Notes: a model not told the origin generated them from the letters alone. A DNA stretch of 28,598 nucleotides from an uncultured Demequinaceae bacterium (GCA_964438525.1 CAYTLH010000017.1:1-28598), one strand, 5' to 3'; positions 1 to 8,774 are shown, counted from the stretch's first letter. A program made the numbers and translations.

Positions 1-930
1 CTGGCCGCCTTCTCCCATGTCCTCGCGTCGGCCTTCCTCGTCGCCGGAACCGTCGTGGCGGGGATCGCCGGCGCTTGGCTCGTCAAAGGCCATCGGGCGG
101 CCGTCCGAGATCCTTCGATCCGGGATTGGTCTTCCGACCGGCCCCTGTACCGGACGGCCCTCCGATTCGGGGCGATCGTCATGCTGATCTCCGGGGTGGC
201 GGTGATCGGCACCGGAGACGCCCAGGGCAAGCTCATGGTCAAGGAGCAGCCGATGAAAATGGCCGCCGCCGAGGGGATTTGCGAGACCGACTCCGGAGTC
301 GCCTTCTCTGTCTTCGCCCTACCCGGGCTCGGCGACTCCTGCGAAGACCTCACGCACGTCGTCACCGTTCCGGGGCTCGCCTCCTTCCTGTTCACGGGCG
401 ACTGGGAGGGTGAGATCCAGGGTGCCCACGAATTGCAAGCGGAATTCGAAGAAAGGTACGGCCCCGGAGACTATTCGCCCAACGTCCCCGTCACGTACTG
501 GAGTTTCCGTCTGATGATCGGGCTCGGCGCGGGCAGCGCCGCCCTGGCCTTGGCGGCCCTCTACGTCACGCGAAGCGGACGAGCCCCGGATCGACCCTGG
601 TTCCGGCGACTCTCCGTCTGGGCGATTCCGACCCCCTTCCTGGCCGCTTCCCTCGGATGGATATTCACGGAGATGGGGCGGCAGCCGTGGGTGGTCTATC
701 CAAACGCGACCGGGGTGGATCCCGTTTTTCTTAAGACCGCCTACGGCGTCTCCCCCTCCGTCAGCTCGGGTGAAATCCTCACGTCGATGGTCATCCTCAC
801 CGTCGTCTACCTCGTCCTCGGGGTGTTCTGGTATCGGCTCATGCACCGATACGCCGCCGAGGGCATCCCGCCGCTCGCACCCGAACCCGCGGACGACCCG
901 GCCGACCGACCCCTATCCTTCGCCTACTAG
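1..930 (+). CDS. cydA: Cytochrome bd ubiquinol/menaquinol oxidase subunit I, 5'-truncated by the window edge
   Basis: Frame 1 is open from base 1 (LAAFSHVLASAFLVAGTVVA...). Motifs: Q-loop QPMKMAAAE, YWSFRLMIG, FTEMGRQPW, actinobacterial C-terminus LSFAY. Followed by cydB. Confidence 0.97.
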   Translation: MAAFSHVLASAFLVAGTVVAGIAGAWLVKGHRAAVRDPSIRDWSSDRPLYRTALRFGAIVMLISGVAVIGTGDAQGKLMVKEQPMKMAAAEGICETDSGVAFSVFALPGLGDSCEDLTHVVTVPGLASFLFTGDWEGEIQGAHELQAEFEERYGPGDYSPNVPVTYWSFRLMIGLGAGSAALALAALYVTRSGRAPDRPWFRRLSVWAIPTPFLAASLGWIFTEMGRQPWVVYPNATGVDPVFLKTAYGVSPSVSSGEILTSMVILTVVYLVLGVFWYRLMHRYAAEGIPPLAPEPADDPADRPLSFAY

Positions 931-939
931 GAGCCGATC

Positions 940-1962
940 ATGGACCTTTCCATCGCCTGGTTCGTCATCATCGCCATCCTGTGGACGGGCTACCTCGTTC
1001 TCGAGGGTTTCGACTTCGGAGTCGGCATGCTGATTCGGATCGCCGGTAGGGGCGATCGGGAAAGGCGCCTCGCGATCAATACCATCGGCCCCTTCTGGGA
1101 CGGGAACGAGGTGTGGCTCATCACCGCGGCCGGCGCGACCTTCGCCGCCTTTCCCGAGTGGTACGCCACCTTGTTCAGCGGCTTCTACCTGCCCCTCGTC
1201 ATCGTCCTCCTCGCCCTCATCGTCCGGGCCGTCTCCATCGAATACCGGGGCAAGATCAACAGCGCGACCTGGCGGAATCGGTGGGATTGGTCCATCGTCG
1301 CGACGGCCTGGGTTCCGTCGTTCCTGTTGGGGGTCGTGTTCGCCAACCTGGTCCGAGGCGTTCCGATCGACGATTCGGGCGAATTCACGGGAAGGCTCCT
1401 GGACCTCCTGTCGCCCTTCGCCCTCGCAGGAGGCCTCGTCACCCTCTCGCTCTTCCTCTCGCATGGAGCGATCTTCCTCGCCCTCAAGACGGACGGACCC
1501 GTCCGGGACCGATCCGGATTCGTCGCCACGGTCGCCTCGTCCGCCTCCATCGTCGTCGCCGGGGCCTGGGTCGTCTGGGCCCAGTTGTCGTACTCGGGGA
1601 CCTGGACCTGGGCCATCGTCGGGATCGCCGCGGCCTCCCTCGTAGCGGCCCGCCTCCTGATCGGCACCGGCCGTTTCGGATGGGCCTTCGTCGCCAACGC
1701 CGCCACCATCGCCTCGTTCGTCGCCATCGCGTTCGGGTCGATGTACCCCGACGTCCTGCCATCGACCACGGATCCCGCCTTCTCCCTCACCGTGGAGTCG
1801 GCCTCCTCCACCGACTACACCCTCGGAGTCATGACCTGGGTGGCGGGATTCCTCACCCCCGTGGTGCTCCTGTACCAGGGGTGGACCTACTGGGTCTTCC
1901 GCCGCAGGCTCCGGGTGGAGGACCTGCCGGCCCACCACGAACCGACCTTCGCCGGGACGTAG
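940..1962 (+). CDS. cydB: Cytochrome bd oxidase subunit II
   Basis: GYLVLEGFDFGVGM, NTIGPFWDGNEVWLITAAGATFAAFP, FSGFYLP, YQGWTYWVF; hydrophobic throughout; GGAG upstream of the ATG. Confidence 0.97.
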   Translation: MDLSIAWFVIIAILWTGYLVLEGFDFGVGMLIRIAGRGDRERRLAINTIGPFWDGNEVWLITAAGATFAAFPEWYATLFSGFYLPLVIVLLALIVRAVSIEYRGKINSATWRNRWDWSIVATAWVPSFLLGVVFANLVRGVPIDDSGEFTGRLLDLLSPFALAGGLVTLSLFLSHGAIFLALKTDGPVRDRSGFVATVASSASIVVAGAWVVWAQLSYSGTWTWAIVGIAAASLVAARLLIGTGRFGWAFVANAATIASFVAIAFGSMYPDVLPSTTDPAFSLTVESASSTDYTLGVMTWVAGFLTPVVLLYQGWTYWVFRRRLRVEDLPAHHEPTFAGT

Positions 1963-1963
1963 C

Positions 1964-3556
1964 GTGAAAACCTTCGATCCGCGGGTGATGCGGATCGAGC
2001 CGGCGCGCGGGCTTCTCACGTGGCTGGCGGTCCTTCGCGCCGCCGAAGCCGCGCTCGTGCTGCTTCAGGCCCTCCTGATCGCCCGACTGCTCGCCCCCGC
2101 CCTCTCCCCCACCCCTCTTCTCGGGGACGGCTTGGGTGCCCTCGGGGCCATCGTGCCCACCCGCGCGAGGGAGGCCTCGGTCGGCCTCCCCCTCCTTGTC
2201 CTTGCGATCTCCCTTCGGGCCGCGCTCGTCTGGGGATCCGAACGTCTCGCCCATCGGGCCGGAGCGAGGGTCGTGTCCTCCCTTCGATCGGAAATCGCCG
2301 GCCACGTCAGCCGCCTCGGCCCACGATGGCTGGCCTCCGGGCGAGCGCCGGAAACAACCGTGCTGGCCACCCGAGGGCTCGACGCCCTCCTTCCCTATTT
2401 CACCCGTTACCTTCCGTCGCTCCTGACGGCTGCGATGGTCACCCCCCTCGCCGTGATCGTCGTGGCCGGACTCGACCTCGGCTCGGCCGCCATCGTCCTC
2501 GTCACCCTTCCCCTCGTCCCCATCTTCATGGCGTTGATCGGACGCCTGACGGAGACCCATGCCAGACGCCATCTGGAGAGCATGATGCGGCTCGGATCGG
2601 CCACCCTCGACCTCGTGGCCGGGCTCCCCACCCTCAAGGCCCTTGGACGCTCCCGCGGGCCGGTCGGCCGCGTCAGGGAACTCGGCGACGCCCACCGCCG
2701 GGCAACCCTCGGCTCGCTGCGGATCGCGTTCCTCTCGGGCATGGTCCTGGAACTCGTCACGAACCTCTCGGTCGCCCTCGTCGCCGTATCCATGGGGTTT
2801 CGGCTGGCGGCCGGCGGGGTCACGATCGAGACGGCGCTCGCCGTTCTCGTGCTCGCCCCCGAGGCCTACCTGCCCCTTCGGAACATCGGGCTCCACTTCC
2901 ACGCCTCGACCGCCGGCTTGGCGGCCGTCGACGAGGCTTTTCGTTTCCTCGATCTTCCCTCGCCCTCCGCCCGGGGCACTCGACCCGCCCCAGACCTCGT
3001 GGGATGCTCCATCCTCCTCACGGGCCTCTCCGTAGCAACCCCCGATGGATCGAGCCTCGCCCCCTGCTCCCTTGACCTGGAGGCTCCCCCGGGAAAGGTC
3101 ACGGCCCTGGTCGGACCCAACGGAGTGGGAAAGTCGACCGCCCTCCTGGCCCTCGCGGGCCTAGAGTATCCGACGGAGGGAAGGATCGGGGCGCGCACGG
3201 CCGACGGAGAGGAGACACTGCTGGCGGATGAACGGGGGAACGGGGTGGTGCCCGACGGGTGGAGCCTCCAATGCGCCTGGGTGCCCCAACGGCCCGATTG
3301 CGGGCCCGAAGGGCATTCCCTGAGCCTCGGCCAAAGGCAGACGATTGCCGTGGGGACGGCCGTGAGATCCCATCGCGCGGTCGTCCTGCTGGATGAGCCC
3401 ACGGCCCACCTCGACCCGGATTCGCGCCGCGAGATCGTCCGCTCCATCCGTGGGATCGCGGACGAAGGAGCCGTCGTCGTCGTCGCCACCCAAGACGCGG
3501 CCGTCGTCGCGGCCGCCGACCGGGTCGTCGAGGTGTCGAAGCGAGGTGGCCCATGA
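1964..3556 (+). CDS. cydD: CydDC ABC exporter subunit CydD (heme/thiol exporter) with a shortened NBD
   Basis: ABC membrane domain (GLDALLPYFTRYLP, LPLVPIFMALIG, LAPEAYLPLR), Walker A GPNGVGKST, Walker B VLLDEPTAHLD; position after cydB. Confidence 0.92.
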   Translation: MKTFDPRVMRIEPARGLLTWLAVLRAAEAALVLLQALLIARLLAPALSPTPLLGDGLGALGAIVPTRAREASVGLPLLVLAISLRAALVWGSERLAHRAGARVVSSLRSEIAGHVSRLGPRWLASGRAPETTVLATRGLDALLPYFTRYLPSLLTAAMVTPLAVIVVAGLDLGSAAIVLVTLPLVPIFMALIGRLTETHARRHLESMMRLGSATLDLVAGLPTLKALGRSRGPVGRVRELGDAHRRATLGSLRIAFLSGMVLELVTNLSVALVAVSMGFRLAAGGVTIETALAVLVLAPEAYLPLRNIGLHFHASTAGLAAVDEAFRFLDLPSPSARGTRPAPDLVGCSILLTGLSVATPDGSSLAPCSLDLEAPPGKVTALVGPNGVGKSTALLALAGLEYPTEGRIGARTADGEETLLADERGNGVVPDGWSLQCAWVPQRPDCGPEGHSLSLGQRQTIAVGTAVRSHRAVVLLDEPTAHLDPDSRREIVRSIRGIADEGAVVVVATQDAAVVAAADRVVEVSKRGGP

Positions 3557-5208
3557 CCCGACGATGCAGAGTCCTCCCCGAAGCCTCGCTGTGGCGCGAC
3601 CTCAACCTCCGTTGGACGACGATCGCGGGGTCCATCCTCGCCGGCAGCGCGGCCCTGGGTTCGGCCGTCGGGTTGGCCGCCGCCTCCGCCTGGCTCATCG
3701 CCCGGGCCGCCCAGATGCCGTCCCCCGCCGACCTGGCCCTCGCCGCCGTCTTCGTCCGGGCCCTCGGCATCGGCCGGGGGCTCTTCCGCTACGTCGAGCG
3801 CCTTGCCTCCCATGACACCGCGCTCAGGGGGGTTTCCTCCCTTCGGGCGCGAGCCTACGAAAGGCTGGAGGCGGGGAAATCAGCGAGGGTCGTGACGCTG
3901 CCCCGAGGGGAGGCGGTCTCCCGACTCGGGGCGGACCTCGACTCCATGGGGGACGCGATCGTCCGGGCCCTCGTGCCCGCCGGGGTCGCCCTCGTGGTGT
4001 CCTCGGTTTCCGTCGCAATCGTCGGGACCCAGCATCGTGGAGCCGCGTCGGTCCTCGCGGCTTGCCTGCTTCTCGGGTCCGCGCTGTCGATCCTCTTGAC
4101 CTTCCGATCCACCCGCATCGCCCAGGAAGAGGGGATCGAAGCCGAGGCGGAGGTCTCGGCACGCGTCCTGTCCGCCATGGAGGGCGCGACCGAACACCGG
4201 GTGTGGGGAAGGACGGGCGAGGTCGCCGCCCTCCTCGACGAGGCCAACCGCAATCTCGAACGTTCGCGGGATCGGGCGGCACGTCCCGCGGCAATCGCGG
4301 CGGCCGTCCAGATTCTCGCTGCCGGCGCTGCCCTCGTCGGCTCGGTCGCCCTCGCCGCCGCCGCCGTCTCCTCTGGAGCGCTGAGTGGGCCCGCCGGGGC
4401 CGTCGTGGCGCTGACGCCCCTCGCCGCCTTCGAGTCGGTCGCCGCCCTGCCCGCCGCCACGGCCCAAGCCCTTCGCTCCAGGGCTGCGGCGAAAAGGATC
4501 GCGACCTTCCTCGAGTTCACGGGCCGCGCCTCACCCGCGCCGATTCCGTCGGCCGTCCACGTCGACCCGGCCGTCAGCATCGAACTGATCGCGGCACGCG
4601 CCGCCTGGCCCGGCCACACCCCGACGAGGCCGGTGACCGTTCAAGTGGGCCCGGGGGAGGCGCTCGGACTCGTCGGCCCATCGGGGATCGGAAAGACCAC
4701 CCTGCTCCTCACCCTGACCGGCGCCCTTCCCCCCGCGTCGGGCAGGGTGCTGGTCAACGGCCGAGACGTCGCCGCGTCGGACATGGGGGGGACGGTCGCC
4801 ATGACCGCGGAGGACGCCCATGTCTTCGGGACGACCATCCTCGAGAACCTTCGGGTCGCCTGGGGAAAGATCACGGAATCCGAGGCCGTCCGGACCCTCG
4901 AGGCGGTGGGGCTCGGCCGGTGGCTGGATCGTCAACCGGACGGACTCGACACCCTCCTCGGAAGCGGAGGCCTCACCGTCTCCGGCGGGGAGCGCAGAAG
5001 GCTCCTCTTGGCGAGGGCCCTGCTTCATCGCGCCCCCGCCCACCTCATCGATGAACCGGCCGAGCACCTGGACGAGGCCGGGGCCGATGTCGTGCGTGCC
5101 GTGATCAGGCGAATGGCCTCCGACGGAAAGACCGTCGTCATCGTGACCCACGATCGTGCGATCCTTGACGTGGTAGACACGGTTGTGGATCTCGGACGAG
5201 GAGGCTAG
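3553..5208 (+). CDS. cydC: CydDC ABC exporter subunit CydC
   Basis: ATGA overlap with cydD; RALGIGRGLFRYVERLASHD (CydC-typical), Walker A GPSGIGKTT, signature VSGGE, DEPAEHLD, H-loop VTHD. Confidence 0.93.
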   Translation: MTRRCRVLPEASLWRDLNLRWTTIAGSILAGSAALGSAVGLAAASAWLIARAAQMPSPADLALAAVFVRALGIGRGLFRYVERLASHDTALRGVSSLRARAYERLEAGKSARVVTLPRGEAVSRLGADLDSMGDAIVRALVPAGVALVVSSVSVAIVGTQHRGAASVLAACLLLGSALSILLTFRSTRIAQEEGIEAEAEVSARVLSAMEGATEHRVWGRTGEVAALLDEANRNLERSRDRAARPAAIAAAVQILAAGAALVGSVALAAAAVSSGALSGPAGAVVALTPLAAFESVAALPAATAQALRSRAAAKRIATFLEFTGRASPAPIPSAVHVDPAVSIELIAARAAWPGHTPTRPVTVQVGPGEALGLVGPSGIGKTTLLLTLTGALPPASGRVLVNGRDVAASDMGGTVAMTAEDAHVFGTTILENLRVAWGKITESEAVRTLEAVGLGRWLDRQPDGLDTLLGSGGLTVSGGERRRLLLARALLHRAPAHLIDEPAEHLDEAGADVVRAVIRRMASDGKTVVIVTHDRAILDVVDTVVDLGRGG

Positions 5209-6843
5209 GTGCCCGACTCCCTCAGCAACGCGATCATCGCGCTCAACGCCGACCTCGACCTCCCGGCCGTCCTCAATCGCTTCCTCGAGGTTTCCCTCAC
5301 CCACACGGGGGCCAAGCACGCGGCCATCAACGTCCTCGGGTCGGATGGCCAATCGGAGGGCTTCTACTTCAAGGGCATGAGTCGCTCGGTATGGGACGCC
5401 ATCGGCCGGGGACCCAGGGCCGTCGGGGTCCTCGGAAAGATTCCCGCCTATGGCACCCTCGTCGTCGACGAGGTTACGGCCCATCCGGCGTTCAAGGGCT
5501 TCCCCGAGAACCATCCGCCGATCGGCTCCTTCCTGGGGACGGCGCTCAGGGTCCGCGACCGGGTCTTCGGCTACCTCTACCTCGCCAGCAAGGAGGGCGG
5601 ATTCACCGCCCAGGACGAGACGATCGTCCGGGCCCTCGCGGCGGCGGCGTCCGTGGCGATCGACAACTCGACCCTGTACCGGGACGCCCTGGAGCGTGAG
5701 CGGTGGTTGACCGCCTCGCAGGAGATCACGACCCGGCTGCTGGCCGACCCCGGGGACGAGGACGCCCTGGCCCGCCTCGTGGAGGCGGCCAAGGAGCTCG
5801 GCCAGGCGGCCGCGGCCACCCTGGTCCTCCCCGGCATCGACGGTCAGTGGGTCCTGGAATTCACGGTTGGGGCCAAGGCCGATGACATGCTCGGCCTCGT
5901 CCTGCCGGAGGGTGGGTACGCCCTCAAGACCATCCGATCGGGGGTGGGCACCTACGCACTCGAGCCCCCAGGCGAGGTCATCCTCGAACCCATCCGCGAC
6001 TTCGGCCCCGCCCTGTATGCCCCCCTCCGCGCCGAGGGCAGGACCGTCGGGCTGCTCATGCTCTACCGGGAGAAGGGACAGCCGGGTTTCAACGCCAGCG
6101 ACCTCGATACCGCCCAACGATTCGCCGATCAGGCCGCCCTCGCCCTCTCCGTCGCCGAGCTCCGTCACGTCAAGGACGTCTCGTCCCTGCTCGAGGATCG
6201 CCAACGCATAGCGGACGACCTCCATGACCTCGTCTCCCAGGAGTTGTTCGCCACCGCGATGCAACTGGATTCGCTCGCCGAACGGGTCCCGGACGAGCAC
6301 CGGAAGACGATCGAGAACCTGAGGAACAACATCACCCGGGCCCAAAAGGAGATCCGCGGGGTCGTGTCCACCCTCGACGACGAACGCTCGTCCGAACCCC
6401 TGGCGGAGAGGGTGCGCCGGGAGATCGTCCTCGCCCAGAACGCCCTGGGTTTCATCCCGGTGGTCCGGGTCGACTGGGACGCCCTGCCCTCCGGGCTCGG
6501 AAATGACGCCTCCCTCGCCGACGATGTCGTCGCCGTCGTCCGCGAGAGCCTGTCCAACGTCGCCCGGCACGCCCAAGCCTCCACGACCGAGGTGTCCATC
6601 GACGTCGAGGGGGACCGCCTCACCGTGTCCGTGACCGACGACGGGGTGGGTCCACCGGAGGAGTACTCGCGCCACTCCGGCACCTCGAACCTCGCCAACA
6701 GGGCCCTGAGGAGGGCCGGATCGTTTTCGCTCCAGCCGGCCCGTGCCGGGGAGGACAGGCCCGGAAGCGTCATGGTGTGGACGGTCAGGTGCGGGCCCGA
6801 CGAGGATCCCGCGGATCCTCCCGCGGACGAGGCTCCCGCCTAG
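5209..6843 (+). CDS. Cytoplasmic GAF-GAF sensor histidine kinase, DosS/DosT (DevS)-like, HisKA_3 type
   Basis: GTG start immediately follows the cydC TAG, with GAGGAGG at 5198-5204. GAF-A motif AHPAFKGFPENHPPIGSFLG...FGYLYL, second GAF ending FADQAALA, H-box RIADDLHDLVSQELF (H339), ATPase VRESLSNVARHA and DDGVG. No TM segment evident. Confidence 0.88.
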   Translation: MPDSLSNAIIALNADLDLPAVLNRFLEVSLTHTGAKHAAINVLGSDGQSEGFYFKGMSRSVWDAIGRGPRAVGVLGKIPAYGTLVVDEVTAHPAFKGFPENHPPIGSFLGTALRVRDRVFGYLYLASKEGGFTAQDETIVRALAAAASVAIDNSTLYRDALERERWLTASQEITTRLLADPGDEDALARLVEAAKELGQAAAATLVLPGIDGQWVLEFTVGAKADDMLGLVLPEGGYALKTIRSGVGTYALEPPGEVILEPIRDFGPALYAPLRAEGRTVGLLMLYREKGQPGFNASDLDTAQRFADQAALALSVAELRHVKDVSSLLEDRQRIADDLHDLVSQELFATAMQLDSLAERVPDEHRKTIENLRNNITRAQKEIRGVVSTLDDERSSEPLAERVRREIVLAQNALGFIPVVRVDWDALPSGLGNDASLADDVVAVVRESLSNVARHAQASTTEVSIDVEGDRLTVSVTDDGVGPPEEYSRHSGTSNLANRALRRAGSFSLQPARAGEDRPGSVMVWTVRCGPDEDPADPPADEAPA

Positions 6844-7457
6844 CCTCGGAAGGAGCCCGCCCGTCGGGCGGTCGCCCACGCGACGACCTGGGTCCTCCTT
6901 TGGAGGCCCATCTTCGCCAACACCGCGGTCACGTGATTCTTGACGGTCTTCTCCGCGATGCCCAACTCGTCGGCGATCTCGCGGTTGGACTTCGACTGCC
7001 CGACCAATTCGAGGACCCGCTGCTCCATCGGGGTGAGCTTGGAGATCACCGCATCCTCCTCCACCTTGATCCGAGTCGGGGATGTCCGGCCGGCCGCCGC
7101 GTCCTTGATCGCTTGGACCACATCCTGAGAGCGCGCGGTCTTGGGGACGAATCCATGAGCCCCCGCCGCCCGGGCCGCCGCCCGAGCCTCGTCGTCGTCG
7201 TACGACGTGAGGACGACGATGCGCGTCTCCGGCAGGTTCTGCGTGACGTGGGCGATGACGTCGAGCCCGGTCCCGTCGGGAAGCCTCAGGTCGGTGAGAA
7301 GGACGTTGGGGCGGACGGCGTCGGCCCGGCGGATCGCCTGCTGGACGCTTCCCGCTTCCGCGACGACCGTCACGCCATCGGCACGCTCGAGCACGTCGCA
7401 GATCCCACGACGCACAACTTCGTGATCGTCGAGGACAAGGACGGTGACGTCGGCCAT
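6840..7457 (-). CDS. NarL/DosR (DevR)-like response regulator (REC + LuxR HTH)
   Basis: LDDHEVVRRG, phospho-Asp in LLTDLRLPDG (D56), VLTSYDDDEA, GFVPK, HTH SNREIADELGIAEKTVKNHVTAVLAKMGLQRRTQ. Confidence 0.9.
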   Translation of the reverse strand: MADVTVLVLDDHEVVRRGICDVLERADGVTVVAEAGSVQQAIRRADAVRPNVLLTDLRLPDGTGLDVIAHVTQNLPETRIVVLTSYDDDEARAAARAAGAHGFVPKTARSQDVVQAIKDAAAGRTSPTRIKVEEDAVISKLTPMEQRVLELVGQSKSNREIADELGIAEKTVKNHVTAVLAKMGLQRRTQVVAWATARRAGSFRG

Positions 7458-7469
7458 GGAACGATGCTA
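7458..7469 (-). promoter_or_regulatory. Leaderless promoter of the response regulator; -10 TAGCAT includes the upstream gene's TAG stop
   Basis: Minus strand reads TAGCAT-cgttcc-ATG (-10 at 7469-7464, 6-nt spacer). Confidence 0.6.
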
Positions 7470-8774
7470 TCCCTCCCCCGTCGTGCCCGGGGGGAACATA
7501 CCGACCGCGCTGGCGTAGGGGTCGTCGTACGAGTTCCACATAATCCACCCAAGACCGCGTTCTTCGGCCACGTCGATTTGCCAGATCACCCAGTCCGTCT
7601 GAGGGTAGTAAAACGACGACTGCAGCCAGGGACGCAGGATGGTGCCGTCGGCGATTCGCGGCAGCGCCGCGTCCAGTTGAGCGGTCACGACCTCCCGTGG
7701 GTGATATTGGGGCTTGGAGATGCCGAAGATCGGCGAATCGGTCCAGAGTTCCGGATAGGTCATGGGGGCGTATACGTCGAGGGGGATGGTGAACTCCTCC
7801 ACGAGTTGCCCAATGCCGTAATCCCTCTCCTCCATCGTCGGACCGCCGAAGCTGTTGGCCGAGATGGCGCACCCAAGCGGGTGGAGCCGGTTTCCGGCCT
7901 CCTCCAGGAAGGCGCGGATGTTCGCGACCCGACCATCCTGCGTCTTGGGTGTATTCGCATAGGTATAGCTCGGGTAGCGGATGTAATCGAAGTTGATCTC
8001 GTCGAATCCGAGGGTGCAGGCCTCGACCGCCAGGTCGAGGGGATACTCCCAGGATCCGGCTTTACCCGGGTCGAGGAACCCGCCGCCGAGCTTGTACTCG
8101 GGGAAGGCCTGGACGGCGAGGGGATTGGCGAATACGGAAACCCGGACGATGGTGTAGAGCCCCGCCTCGTCCATCTGCTGGAGCCTCTTCTCCACGTCAT
8201 AGGGCGTGTCGGTGATCATGTTGTGCTCGACGGCGGCCGGGACCTCGGTGGCGTAGTCGACGTAGCCGTCGTCGCCCATGGCATCGAGCGTGAGGGAATT
8301 GACGGTCGTGGCGTCGGCTAGGTCGATGAACTCCTGGAATTTCGAGTCGCTGACCGCCCAACTCGAGGAGATGTGGACCGACCGGACCATGCGGGGCGAC
8401 AGGATCAGATCCACCTCTGAGACGGAACCGTCGAATTCGTACGCGTAGGAGTCGAACGCTGGGCGTGTGACCGTGATGGCACCGAGGGGAGCGTTGTCGA
8501 AGGAGAAGGCGCCCGTCTCGTCCGTGACGACCGTCTCCGTCCCGGCCGTCACCGTGGCGTAGTCGAGGGGATGCTCGTCGTACATCACGACCCCCGATAA
8601 AGGGTTGGCGCGGTCGGATCGTTCGACGCGCAGCGCCTCGAGGGGATCCTTATGGGAGGTGTCGGACGGCCCCATCCCCAGGAGGAGCGGCCCGAGGACG
8701 TACGCCGCGCCGGCCCCGAGGGCGAGGGACGCCGCTCCGCCGAGCGCGAGGAGGGGACGTCGACCCAAACCCAT
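7467..8774 (-). CDS. Putative exported or membrane-anchored glycoside hydrolase (DUF4015-like TIM barrel) with an N-terminal carboxypeptidase-regulatory-like beta-sandwich; paralog 1
   Basis: N-terminal GRRPLL plus hydrophobic stretch; beta-rich domain LSGVV...ATVTAG...TDETGAFSF...TVTRP; barrel motifs YTIVRVSVF, FLDP, LGFDEINFDYIRYP, ISANSFG, IGQ, PMTYP, RPWLQ. Family recalled from motifs, not searched. Confidence 0.7.
   Translation of the reverse strand: MGLGRRPLLALGGAASLALGAGAAYVLGPLLLGMGPSDTSHKDPLEALRVERSDRANPLSGVVMYDEHPLDYATVTAGTETVVTDETGAFSFDNAPLGAITVTRPAFDSYAYEFDGSVSEVDLILSPRMVRSVHISSSWAVSDSKFQEFIDLADATTVNSLTLDAMGDDGYVDYATEVPAAVEHNMITDTPYDVEKRLQQMDEAGLYTIVRVSVFANPLAVQAFPEYKLGGGFLDPGKAGSWEYPLDLAVEACTLGFDEINFDYIRYPSYTYANTPKTQDGRVANIRAFLEEAGNRLHPLGCAISANSFGGPTMEERDYGIGQLVEEFTIPLDVYAPMTYPELWTDSPIFGISKPQYHPREVVTAQLDAALPRIADGTILRPWLQSSFYYPQTDWVIWQIDVAEERGLGWIMWNSYDDPYASAVGMFPPGTTGEG

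Noticed and set aside
4531-7872. 1113-aa minus-strand ORF and the many other long overlapping ORFs (913-2019, 20110-22026, 19632-21617, 25020-26576)
   Set aside because: Arg/Gly/Pro-rich shadow frames overlapping well-supported genes; expected at about 70% GC where stop codons are rare; no recognisable motifs.
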